The translations under genes and the position numbers were made by a program. From the NCBI GenBank assembly GCA_029260795.1, contig JAJDCO010000125.1, positions 39,866-103,865 on the forward strand: a stretch of DNA of 64,000 nt, in the 5' to 3' direction. This document shows positions 38,783 through 48,212 of this stretch, one piece after another. This DNA comes from Planctomycetota bacterium (GTDB lineage Bacteria; Planctomycetota; OFTM77). Numbering within the stretch: position 1 is the first letter of the stretch; every line of letters starts with the position of its first letter. The notes beneath the pieces were generated by a model. It saw nothing but the letters and a program-made list of their open reading frames with translations, made no database searches and had not been told where the DNA came from.

Positions 38783-41700
38783 TCACGCTCCACCGGTCGA
38801 GATCAGCTCGGTCGATTTGCCGTCCCGCACCAATCGAGGGAGAGCCACTCCCGCTTGCCGTCGCAACGAAAGGTAGAGGTTCGAGAGCACGAATCGGAGC
38901 GCGGCGGTCCCGGCAGCGCTCTCTTGCCACGCGTCCGTTCCACCGTCGGAAGGGAGCTCGAGGACATCGGCGACGGCACCCAGCCCGGCGCTGGGATCTC
39001 CACACAGCCAGAGCGCATAGCGCGTCGCGGCCTCGTCGAGCCGGGCATAGAAAGCACGAACCTGCGCCGCGACTCGAACTTCATCGACCGTGCTCGACAA
39101 GGCGGCGAGGCTGCGGCGAACACCGGTCGGAAGGATTCGGCGAAGACGTTGCGACAAGGCCGTCACCCGATCGCTGCGGCGGCCTCCGACGCTCGCCTTA
39201 CGATCGATGTGCGCCAACGCGCGAAGGGCATCGGCTGCCCGATCGGGACCGATCCGCAGCAACGGACCGAATCCACCGAGCGGCCCCGCCAATGCTCGCG
39301 CCGCGTGGAAGATCGTCTCGGCGCTCGCCGTGCCGAGAACCAGGCGCTCCGAGGCACCGAAGATCCACGGCTCATCACAAAGCAGCCGTACCGATCGAGG
39401 TTCTTCCGAGAGTACGTGAAGCTGCACGCTACCCAGGCGGAAGGCCTGGGCGATCTCGTCGAGGCGTTTCAGCAGCGGCGAGTTGTCGCACTCGCGGACG
39501 ACTCGCTTCGGTATCGCTTCCGGGGGAAAGAGCTCGCCGAGCGTGGGGACGAGCTGAAGCAAGATCGCCGCCGCGCCGATCGCGGCATCCGGCTTGGGGT
39601 GGAGCGAGGCCGGGAATCGTCCCGTGCGAGCGAAGGGCGCTGCACTCCAGGGGCGCAGGCTGGCTCGGTAGCGCGTGCGCTCCCGAGGCGTCAGCAGCCC
39701 GAGCACGTCCCGGCAACCCTGTACCATCAGGACGCCTTCTTGATCGCCCTGACCTTGGAGCAAGGTCTCGAGCGCATTCAGGCATTCGGAGCGGGTCGGA
39801 TCGTCGTGCAGCAAGTTCCGGAACAGGCGCACGGCTTCACGAGATCCCGCATCGGTCCGACTGAGGACCGCGGCAAACTCGAGCGTCACCCGCGCATCCT
39901 CTTCGGAGTCCGCCAGCGCCTGACGGTAGATCTCCGCCGCCTCGTCGGGACGACTCAATCGCTCGGCGTACAGCCTCGCCAGCTCCAAGGAGAGGTCCAG
40001 TCGAAGTCGGCGCTTGGCGGGAGACAGATGGTCGAGATAGCTTCGCCACAGGTTGGCGAGACCTTCTTCGTCGCCCATCCCGCGGAGCGTCTTCGTGGCT
40101 TCCTCGAGGAGTGCCTCCGAGCTCGGATTCTCACCCGCGGCCTCCAACAACACCTCATAGGCTTGTTTGGGTCGGTGGCATCGGTCCCGGAGCAGGCGCG
40201 CTCGACGCAGCCGAACGGTCGTCCGCTGGCGGGGCGTGGTCGAGGACTCGACGAGCTCGGCCAGGACCTCGAGTGCCTCGTCCCATCGCTCTCGCGCTTC
40301 GAGTGCCGTGGCGAGACCGAGCCGAGCCGAGGTGCCCAGGCGCGGGTCGTCACGGACCTCACGGAAGTAGACTTCGGCATCCTCGGGACGATCGAGCCCC
40401 TTGAGGAGAACCTGGCCGAGAAGAAAGCGCGTCGTCCGAAGCTGCTCGTCACCTTGCGCGACGCTCAGCAAGCGACTCAGGTGATGCTCTGCATCTATCC
40501 AGCGGCCGTTTCGAACATAGAGGGATGCCAGGCTCTCGAGAAGATCGGCCGCATCGGGCTCCTTCTCGAGCGCCTCCCGATAGGCGCGCGCCGCCGCTTG
40601 CCAGTCGCCCTCCTGCTCGAAGAGCTCCGCACGACAGCGCTGGGCGGACAAGAGCCGCTCGACCTCCGATGGCCGACGCGCCAGCTGGCCGACCAAGCGA
40701 TCGAGATAAGGCAGGGCATCGGCCGAGTGAGCCCCTCGGCGATACAGACCTGCCACGGTCTCGAGCCCATCGATGTGCTCTGGGTGGTGCTCGAGAAGCT
40801 CGAGCCAGGTGAGCAGAGCCGTCTCCGGATGTCCTGTCTCTTCCTCGAGCTTGGCTCGGCGCGCCAAGAGGCGGACGAGATCCGAAGCGACGAGCTCGGA
40901 GCGCCGCTCGCAGAGCTCATGTCGCACGTCCTCGAGCTCACGCGCCCGATCCCGTGGGGTGCTCTTCGAGTCACTTCCCTCGGAGGGCTGCTCCGACGAC
41001 TCGGGACGAGCCGCGACCTGGGTCTCCTCGACCGCCCCGTTCTTGGGTCCCACCGCCAGCCGGTCGGTCTCGTCGGTCAGCCTTTGCAGAAGCGTCCGGG
41101 CCTCTGCACAGGCGGGGTCGTGCTTCCAGGCTTCGCGCAGTGCCTTCAATGCTTCGTCGCGCCGGTCGAGCTCGTCCGCGAGCAGGCGAGCACGGCGCGC
41201 GATCCAACGAGCCCGATCCGGACCCGCGGAGGTCTTCGCGATCCTCAATCGGAGCATCTCGGCGACCGGCTCCCACTCCTCACGGTCGGTTGCCAGCGCG
41301 ATCGAAGCGTCGAGCACGTCGACTGTCTGCGCACCGTCCGCCACCGCCTGCTGCAAGAGCTCCCACGCCTCGTCGCGCCGACTCAAGGGACCGAACAGCA
41401 CCAATCCCAGCTCGGCGCGCACGCCGGCGGCCTCCTTTGGATCATCGATCTGCTCGATCCGCCGCTCCAGTGTCGCGGCCAGCTCTTCCCAACGACGAGC
41501 GCGCCTCAGCAAATCAATCAAGGCGTCGAGCGCCGCCGTCCGGCCGGGCTCGAGCTCGAGCACACGATTCAGACAATGAGCCGCGCGATCGACGTCGTTC
41601 AGGCTAGACGACAGCTCTTCCGCCGAACGAAGAAGTCTCTCGACATCCACGGTCTCAGCGTCCGATTGCAACCGCTGCAAATCGGCGAGCTCCTCGCTGC

Positions 41701-44700
41701 ATCCGACTTGTGCGTACAGCCGCTCGAGATCTCCGACGAGCTCTTGGCGTTGGTCGGCCGGCAGGTCCTCATCGAGCACTCGGCGCAATACGCGCGCGGC
41801 CTCGATCGGCGACGAGAGATAGCGCTCGTGCACCGAGGCGATCTCACGTCCCAACGCGACTCGCTCCTCGGGCTCCAAGTCACTGAGGCGAGCCTCTTGT
41901 CGCTGGGTGAGCTCGGGCCAGTATCCCCAACGGCGATAGGCCAGCTCGAGTGAAGATGTCGCGCGACGAGATCCGAGGTCGGCAGCCCGCTCGAGCCAGG
42001 GAATGGCGTCGTGGGGCCGATGCAGGCGGTCTTGAAGCAGGCGAGCCAGGAGGAGCGCGTGGCCGGCCCGACGAGACTCGCCGTCATCATCGCGCACCAG
42101 ACCTTCGAGCACGGTCTCGGCTCGGTCGTCCAGCTCGTCTCGCAGACACGAGGCCGCCAGCTTGCGGCGGCCGACGAGGCAGTCGGGCCACTGGGCCAAC
42201 AGCCGCTCCAACATGTCGCGCGCGCGCTCACCACCCGGGCGGAGCGGGTTGAGCAGCAGCTCCTCGATCCGCTGGCGAATCTCTCCGCGCTCGGACTCGG
42301 GAAACCGCTCGAGCGCGGCCAGCAGCACTCCGAGCTGCTCCGTGCTTCGGCCCGCTCGCCCCAAGAGATCGGCAAGATCTTGGAGCGTCTCCCGTGAGTC
42401 GGGGTTCAGATCCCGGGCACAGCGCAGGCACTCGATCGCGTGACTGGGACGATCGAGATCCTCGCTCCAGAGCCGGGCCAGCTCTCGGTAGACCGTGAAC
42501 CGATCGCAAGCGGGATCGTCGGATTGGAGCCAATGCTCGAGCACGCGCACGAGATCGATTCGACGCGCGTGCTCGCGGTACAGCCGTGCTAGCGCGGTGA
42601 GGATGAGGTTCGAGCTCGGGTCGAGGTCGAGGGCGCGCTCATACGCCGAGATGGCCGCGGCCGCGTCTCCGAGGCGTTCCTCGAGAAGCCGCGCCCGCGA
42701 GACGATCACGTCGACCTCTTCGGCCCGACTGTGGGAAAGTGCTGTTCGCCTCTGGTCCAGAGTGGCGAGCTCGGTCCAACGCTCACAGCGCTCGTAGAGA
42801 TGTGCCAAGAGGTCGAGCCCATGACGATCGACAGGATCGAGGGCGCGCGCTTCCTCGAAGCATCGCAAGGCCTCTTCCGGTAGATCGAGGCGATCCGAGT
42901 AGATCTCGCCGAGGCTCAGCAGAATGGAATGCCGCTCCGCCGGGCGGAACGCTCGCGCGAGCTGAAGCTCGCGGACCTCGGCAGCAGCCGCCCAACGCGA
43001 CGCCTCGATCTGTGCGAACGCGTGGCGCTCGAGCAGGTCGGCGGCGAGGACCGTGCCGGCGGCAGCCTCGCGAAGCAGTCCGTTGGCGAGCTCCAGATCC
43101 CCGGACTCGAGGAGCAAGACCGAGAGTCGAGCTTTCCAGCGGGCACCGACCGACTCCGCTGGTTCACCTGCCAATCCCTCCTCGAGCAGTCGCCGTGCGT
43201 CGACGATCCGGTCGTGACGGTTGGCCAGCTCGATCGCTCGGTCTCGAATGTTCGCCCGATCAGGCTCCGACTCGAGGATCGACTCATAGACGCGGCCAGC
43301 CTCATTCCCACGCTTCAGACGCTCGAGCGCGCGCGCCCGAGCGAGGCGCCAGGTCGTTCGAAGCGGCGACGCTTCCTTCGGTTCATTCTCCGCCAGAAGC
43401 GTGACGAGCTCCTCCCATCGTTGTCCTTCTCGCAGGATCGCCGACAGGGATGTCATCGCGATCGGATCCGCGGGTTCCGTCTGCAGGCACTTGCGGAACC
43501 AGTGCTCCGCCAGCTCGCGCTGATCGCGGTTGCGTGAGAAGAGCTCGCCGAGCTCTCGCGCGTATCGCGCACTCCGCTCGGGATCCTCCTCGAGCTGGGC
43601 CAGGTGCGTGAGCCCCGCCGAGAGCCGCTTCCAATCTTCGATCCGTCGAGCGACTCGGACCAGCCCTCGGAGTGCGAACCGATCCTGGGGCAGGTCGGCG
43701 AGGATGTTCTGATAGGTGGAGGCGGCCGCGGCAGGATCGCGCAGCGGACCTTCGAAGAGCTGGGCTCGCTCCCCGAGGAGCTCGCGACGCGCGACCGGGT
43801 CCCGGGTCGCCTCGAGCTCGCGCTCCAAGGTCTGAGCACATTCCTTCCAGCGGACGGCTTGGCGATAGCCGCGGCGAAGCTCCCGAAGAATCGTGAGCTG
43901 GTCAGGCCATCGGTTGCGCGCCGCTTCGAGAAGCTGGAGTGCCGCCTCGGGGTCCCCGAGATGATCTCGGTGGATCTGGGCGAGCTCGAGCGCTGCGGCC
44001 GGGGAGCGCCTCGGGTCCTCTTCTCTTTCGAGGCGACGGCTGACGACGTCTGCCGCTCGCTCCCAGTCTCCGCTCGCTCGGTAGAGACGCTCCAAACCCT
44101 CGAGAATCTCGATGTCGCCTTCCCGCTCGGACCAGGCCTTCTCGAGATGCTCGATCGCGCGCTGGTTGTCGAGGAGCTCGCTCTCCCAGAGAATCGCCAT
44201 CTTCTGGTGAATCGCGGCGCGCGTGATCTCGTCGTCCGCTCGTGCGAGCTCGACCTCATAGAGCTCGAGGACACGAGGCCAATCGCGACGTTCGGCTTGC
44301 AGTCGGGCGAGCTGCTTGAGCGCTCGGGAGTCGTGAGGGGCCGCGTCCGTCAGGCAAGCGATTCCGTCTTCGGCCCGATTCAAGGGACCGAGAAGGAGCT
44401 CGCCCTTGCGACGCAGAAGCTCTGCTCGCGTCGAATCCTCCTCGACCTCGGAGAGGCGAGCTTCGAGAACGAGGAGGCTCGCGCTCGGGTCGCCCAGCTG
44501 CTCGGCCAGCTCTCCGATCTTCTCGAGCGCTTCCGAGTCCGACGGATCGCTCTTCAAGGCGAGCTGCCACATCGCCAGCGCCTCATCGGCTCGCTGCAGC
44601 GTCGTGAGAGCCTGCGCCAGACGCCGAACAGTCTTCGTACGGTGCTCCCCATTCGCCAGGCACTGGACGCCGTGCTCGAGGTGAGCGACGAGGTCTTCGA

Positions 44701-46723
44701 AACGCTCATCGTGCTCGAGGAGCTCGGCCAGGCCCTCGTGAGCCTCGGTATCGGTGGGCGCATGCTCGAGGATGCGTCGGAGACATTGCTCAGCACCCGC
44801 CCGGTCTTCATGGCGCACGAAGGCCTCAGCCGCTGCGCGCCATTCGTCGAGTGCCGCGGGATCGGACGGGTCGGGTTGACGCTCGGCAAGACCGACGAAG
44901 GCTTCGGCGACATGGTCCCACCGCTCCGCGCGCTCGGCGGATCGGCGCCAGCGATCCCATGTGCTGCGATCGCCGGGTCGCAGCTCGGTCAATCGCATCC
45001 AAGCCTCTTCTGCGATGATCGGGTCCCCGATCTCCTGCTCCGCGACCCGTGCCAGCTCCTCATAGAGAGGCTCGGGATCGGACGGCCCGGCCGCGAGCTG
45101 GATCCGAAGTGTGGTGAGGACGCCCGACCAATCGCCACCCTGCGCATCATGGCGACGCAGCCAGCTTCCGGTGGCGGAGTCGGTCGGATCGTTCTCGAGG
45201 GCCACGCGGTAGTCGCTGGCGGCAGCTTCCTCGTCCCCTTGCTCGGTCAGGATCTCGGCACGCTCGCGGAGCAACGCCGCCGCCTGTCGGGGCGCCGCTT
45301 CGGAGGCCGCTCTCTGCAGCATCTCCAGCCAGGGACTCCAATCGTCCCGGCTCTGGCAGAGACCTCGAAGGCGCTCTCGCGCAGACTCATCCGTCGGCTC
45401 GGCTGCCAGCCGGGCCATCAGGATGTCATCCTCGATCGAGGTGGCCGATTCGGTGCCTTCACCCCATTCACTCAGCGCTTCGAGAAGATCCAAAGCGGCT
45501 CTCTGATCGCCCTGCGCCGCCGCCTTCCGAGCGACCTCCTCCAGTGAGCTCCTGCGGGCGTGAGGAATCCACTCCTGAGCCAACCCGGCGATCGCGAGTG
45601 TGGCGAGGCTCGACCAGAGACCACGCTCCTGCATGCCGGCGGACACCCGCAACCAGGCCGTGTTCTGATCGTCGGAGGACTCGATCGCGTTTCGCAATCG
45701 CTCGAGGCCGACCTCCGCTTGATCGAGTCGGTCGATGAGCAGAAGGCCCAGCTTTCGGCTCAGATCGAATTGTCGCTCCGGAGAGCGCGCATAGACTTCG
45801 AGAAGCTCGCGGTAGCTCCGCTGCAGAGTGGAGTAGTCCTCTCGCGAAGCACCGCACGTCTCCAAGAGCTCGAGGGCGTCGGGAACCTGGGGATCGAGCT
45901 GCAGCGCTTGTCGAACGTCCGAGCGCGCACCGTCTGCGTTCTCGCCCTGCTCTCGCCGGCAGCGTGCTCGTCGAACGAGAAGCTCCGCTCGTCGGGCCGG
46001 AATATCTTCGGTCCGAATGCGCTCCGTGAGAAACGCCTCGAGGTCGGGCCATCGCTCTTCGGCGACCAGATCCGACTCGACCTTGCTTCGAACACCCGAC
46101 TCCAAAGGCGAGCCACTGGGGGTCGTGCGCGTGTTGCCGGCCGGCCCTCGCGACATGAGATCACGCAGCCGAGCAACGGCGGTCGCATCCGAAGACTTCA
46201 GGCACAACTTTTCGAGGAGCTCCGCATCCGAGGCCTCGGTCCCTCCCACTGCCAAGAGGTCGAACCCGATGGCGATCGCGCGATCCAGCTCGTTCAGGTG
46301 ATCACCATACAGCGAGACCAGCTCGCGTGCGGCCGGGACGGCCCGTCGAACACCCGCCTCTTCGACCTCGGTGGCGAGAAGATCCGCCAGGTCCGTCCAA
46401 CGCTCGTCCTCTCGGAAGAGATCCTTGAGCCCGGCGCGAGCCTCTTCGCAGGTCGATGGCTCCTCCAGGAGCGCGCGATACTGATCCTGGGCTCGATCGA
46501 GGCGGTGGAGCTTTGAGTGGAAGAGCTGGGCGAGCCGAAGTCGAATCGAGGCACGCTCCTTCGCGTCGCTCTCGAACAACAGACGCTTCTCGTACAGCTT
46601 GGCGAGCTGCGTCCAGTCCTTGCGGTGATGGAGCTCGTTCTCTCGATGGCGAAACGCGTTCGAGGCATCGCCGCGAGCCTCGGAGCGGCCATCTCGACCG
46701 GATCTCGTCATGTGTTGTTCCAC
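38783..46723 (-). CDS. Giant TPR-repeat protein (2646 aa) with a non-TPR C-terminal domain of ~330 aa
   Basis: One continuous ORF. TPR/Sel1-like heptad patterns (W..LA.LY......A...Y..AL) run throughout. There are two TPR super-blocks separated by an acidic linker near aa 1700. The C-terminal 330 aa (…LHPKPDAAIGAAAILLQLVPTLGELFPPEAIPKRVVRECDNSPLL…) are unrecognised. Confidence 0.7.
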   Translation of the reverse strand: MEQHMTRSGRDGRSEARGDASNAFRHRENELHHRKDWTQLAKLYEKRLLFESDAKERASIRLRLAQLFHSKLHRLDRAQDQYRALLEEPSTCEEARAGLKDLFREDERWTDLADLLATEVEEAGVRRAVPAARELVSLYGDHLNELDRAIAIGFDLLAVGGTEASDAELLEKLCLKSSDATAVARLRDLMSRGPAGNTRTTPSGSPLESGVRSKVESDLVAEERWPDLEAFLTERIRTEDIPARRAELLVRRARCRREQGENADGARSDVRQALQLDPQVPDALELLETCGASREDYSTLQRSYRELLEVYARSPERQFDLSRKLGLLLIDRLDQAEVGLERLRNAIESSDDQNTAWLRVSAGMQERGLWSSLATLAIAGLAQEWIPHARRSSLEEVARKAAAQGDQRAALDLLEALSEWGEGTESATSIEDDILMARLAAEPTDESARERLRGLCQSRDDWSPWLEMLQRAASEAAPRQAAALLRERAEILTEQGDEEAAASDYRVALENDPTDSATGSWLRRHDAQGGDWSGVLTTLRIQLAAGPSDPEPLYEELARVAEQEIGDPIIAEEAWMRLTELRPGDRSTWDRWRRSAERAERWDHVAEAFVGLAERQPDPSDPAALDEWRAAAEAFVRHEDRAGAEQCLRRILEHAPTDTEAHEGLAELLEHDERFEDLVAHLEHGVQCLANGEHRTKTVRRLAQALTTLQRADEALAMWQLALKSDPSDSEALEKIGELAEQLGDPSASLLVLEARLSEVEEDSTRAELLRRKGELLLGPLNRAEDGIACLTDAAPHDSRALKQLARLQAERRDWPRVLELYEVELARADDEITRAAIHQKMAILWESELLDNQRAIEHLEKAWSEREGDIEILEGLERLYRASGDWERAADVVSRRLEREEDPRRSPAAALELAQIHRDHLGDPEAALQLLEAARNRWPDQLTILRELRRGYRQAVRWKECAQTLERELEATRDPVARRELLGERAQLFEGPLRDPAAAASTYQNILADLPQDRFALRGLVRVARRIEDWKRLSAGLTHLAQLEEDPERSARYARELGELFSRNRDQRELAEHWFRKCLQTEPADPIAMTSLSAILREGQRWEELVTLLAENEPKEASPLRTTWRLARARALERLKRGNEAGRVYESILESEPDRANIRDRAIELANRHDRIVDARRLLEEGLAGEPAESVGARWKARLSVLLLESGDLELANGLLREAAAGTVLAADLLERHAFAQIEASRWAAAAEVRELQLARAFRPAERHSILLSLGEIYSDRLDLPEEALRCFEEARALDPVDRHGLDLLAHLYERCERWTELATLDQRRTALSHSRAEEVDVIVSRARLLEERLGDAAAAISAYERALDLDPSSNLILTALARLYREHARRIDLVRVLEHWLQSDDPACDRFTVYRELARLWSEDLDRPSHAIECLRCARDLNPDSRETLQDLADLLGRAGRSTEQLGVLLAALERFPESERGEIRQRIEELLLNPLRPGGERARDMLERLLAQWPDCLVGRRKLAASCLRDELDDRAETVLEGLVRDDDGESRRAGHALLLARLLQDRLHRPHDAIPWLERAADLGSRRATSSLELAYRRWGYWPELTQRQEARLSDLEPEERVALGREIASVHERYLSSPIEAARVLRRVLDEDLPADQRQELVGDLERLYAQVGCSEELADLQRLQSDAETVDVERLLRSAEELSSSLNDVDRAAHCLNRVLELEPGRTAALDALIDLLRRARRWEELAATLERRIEQIDDPKEAAGVRAELGLVLFGPLSRRDEAWELLQQAVADGAQTVDVLDASIALATDREEWEPVAEMLRLRIAKTSAGPDRARWIARRARLLADELDRRDEALKALREAWKHDPACAEARTLLQRLTDETDRLAVGPKNGAVEETQVAARPESSEQPSEGSDSKSTPRDRARELEDVRHELCERRSELVASDLVRLLARRAKLEEETGHPETALLTWLELLEHHPEHIDGLETVAGLYRRGAHSADALPYLDRLVGQLARRPSEVERLLSAQRCRAELFEQEGDWQAAARAYREALEKEPDAADLLESLASLYVRNGRWIDAEHHLSRLLSVAQGDEQLRTTRFLLGQVLLKGLDRPEDAEVYFREVRDDPRLGTSARLGLATALEARERWDEALEVLAELVESSTTPRQRTTVRLRRARLLRDRCHRPKQAYEVLLEAAGENPSSEALLEEATKTLRGMGDEEGLANLWRSYLDHLSPAKRRLRLDLSLELARLYAERLSRPDEAAEIYRQALADSEEDARVTLEFAAVLSRTDAGSREAVRLFRNLLHDDPTRSECLNALETLLQGQGDQEGVLMVQGCRDVLGLLTPRERTRYRASLRPWSAAPFARTGRFPASLHPKPDAAIGAAAILLQLVPTLGELFPPEAIPKRVVRECDNSPLLKRLDEIAQAFRLGSVQLHVLSEEPRSVRLLCDEPWIFGASERLVLGTASAETIFHAARALAGPLGGFGPLLRIGPDRAADALRALAHIDRKASVGGRRSDRVTALSQRLRRILPTGVRRSLAALSSTVDEVRVAAQVRAFYARLDEAATRYALWLCGDPSAGLGAVADVLELPSDGGTDAWQESAAGTAALRFVLSNLYLSLRRQAGVALPRLVRDGKSTELISTGGA

Positions 46724-46876
46724 TCGGAATCAGAGCCAGAACGGGGAGCCAGCGGAGGAGGCTGGTCGAGTCTCCCGAAGGAGTTATCGGAACGCGAATC
46801 GTTCGAACCGAAGGAGTTTCGCGGCGAGTGGTTGCCCGGAGCTTCCCAGAAAGCCTTGACTCCCCGAGCGTTACGG

Positions 46877-46906
46877 TTTGACAGCCGGTCCTCGGGTCTG
46901 CTAGCG
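46877..46906 (+). promoter_or_regulatory. Sigma70-like promoter candidate for tgt (TTGACA, 18 nt, TAGCGT)
   Basis: Read from the sequence in the 246-bp divergent intergenic region. Confidence 0.25.
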
Positions 46907-46969
46907 TCCTGCCCCGGCCGCCCCCGGTGCGGCCGGACTCGCGGATCTCCACCGACGGGCCGACCACCG

Positions 46970-48097
46970 ATGACGACCCAGACTCCATCCCTGAGCTTCT
47001 CTCTGGAAGCCACCAATACCGGCTGCAGCGCCCGAGCGGGTCGCCTCCGAACGCCCCACGGTGAGACGCTGACGCCGGTGTTCATGCCGGTCGGCACCCA
47101 CGGGGCCTTGAAAGCGCTCACGCCCCGCCAGGTCGACGAGTCGGGCGCGACCATCGTCCTCGCCAACACCTACCATCTCGCCATCCGGCCGGGTGAAGCT
47201 CTGGTCGAGAAGAGCGGTGGCCTTCATGGCTTCATGCGCTGGCCGCACACGATCCTGACCGACAGCGGCGGCTTTCAGGTCTTCAGCCTCCCGGGAACGA
47301 AGATCGACGACGACGGCGTCAAGTTCCGGTACGAGAAAGGAGGGGAGGCCGTCACGCTGACACCCGAGCGCTCCATGGAGATCCAGATGACGCTCGGAGC
47401 GGACATCATCATGGCGTTCGACGAGTGCGTTCCCTTCCCCTGCGAGCGCTCCCGGGCCGAGCGCGCGATGCATCGGACGCTCGCCTGGGCCAAGCGTTGC
47501 CAGGCCCGACACGACAAGGCGGACCAAGCGCTCTTCGGCATCGTACAGGGCAGCACCTACGAGGACCTTCGACGACAGAGCGCTCGCGACCTGGTTCGCC
47601 TCGACTTTCCCGGCTATGCGATCGGTGGCGTGAGCGTCGGTGAGGGCCTCGAGCTGCTCAAGCAAGTCGTCTCGTGGGCGGCGCCCGAGCTGCCGGAGGA
47701 TCGTCCTCGCTATCTCATGGGAGTCGGCCTTCCCGAGGACATCCTCGAATCGATCGAGCGTGGGATCGACATGTTCGACTGCGTGATCCCCACTCGCTAT
47801 GCTCGCAGCGCGACACTCTTCACCTTCCGCGGCCGCATCCGCGTCACCAATCGCCGTTATCGTCGCGACCTCTTTCCGGTCGAGCCGAACTGCAGCTGTT
47901 ACACCTGCCGCGAGTTCACCCGCGCCTACCTCCACCATCTGTTCCAGTCGGGCGAGATCCTCGGCCAGATCCTCGCCTCGATCCACAACGTATCTTTTTA
48001 TCAGATGATAATGCAGCAGGCGCGAGAGGCGATCCTCGAGAACCGCTTCCCGGAGCACAAGGCCCGCTTCCTGGAGGAGCAGGCTCGCGGTCGTTGA
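46970..48097 (+). CDS. tgt: Queuine tRNA-ribosyltransferase
   Basis: DSGGFQ catalytic motif. Zn site CSCYTC...H. 375 aa from ATG 46970; the track ORF start at 46517 is an artefactual extension. Confidence 0.9.
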   Translation: MTTQTPSLSFSLEATNTGCSARAGRLRTPHGETLTPVFMPVGTHGALKALTPRQVDESGATIVLANTYHLAIRPGEALVEKSGGLHGFMRWPHTILTDSGGFQVFSLPGTKIDDDGVKFRYEKGGEAVTLTPERSMEIQMTLGADIIMAFDECVPFPCERSRAERAMHRTLAWAKRCQARHDKADQALFGIVQGSTYEDLRRQSARDLVRLDFPGYAIGGVSVGEGLELLKQVVSWAAPELPEDRPRYLMGVGLPEDILESIERGIDMFDCVIPTRYARSATLFTFRGRIRVTNRRYRRDLFPVEPNCSCYTCREFTRAYLHHLFQSGEILGQILASIHNVSFYQMIMQQAREAILENRFPEHKARFLEEQARGR

Positions 48098-48212
48098 CGA
48101 GCTTCGCGGTGTGCTCTCGCCCCTTCCCGGGATTGACGCAGGAGCGATCGGCTCCCGACCCGACAGACCACCTGGATGGCTCTCGAACAGTCGGGTGCCT
48201 GTCGGTCACCGA

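Noticed and set aside
38855-41953. 1032-aa ORF on the + strand (also 43604..45547 + 647 aa, 45560..46516 + 318 aa) opposite the giant TPR gene
   Set aside because: Arg/Gly/Leu-rich with no coherent domain structure. These are typical GC-driven shadow ORFs antisense to a strongly supported 2646-aa TPR protein.
46724-46969. Possible ECF-type promoter or palindrome (GGAACGCGAATCGTTCGAACC) in the divergent region between the giant TPR gene and tgt
   Set aside because: GGAAC and CGTT are too close together for an ECF promoter, and the palindrome is imperfect. I cannot support a call.
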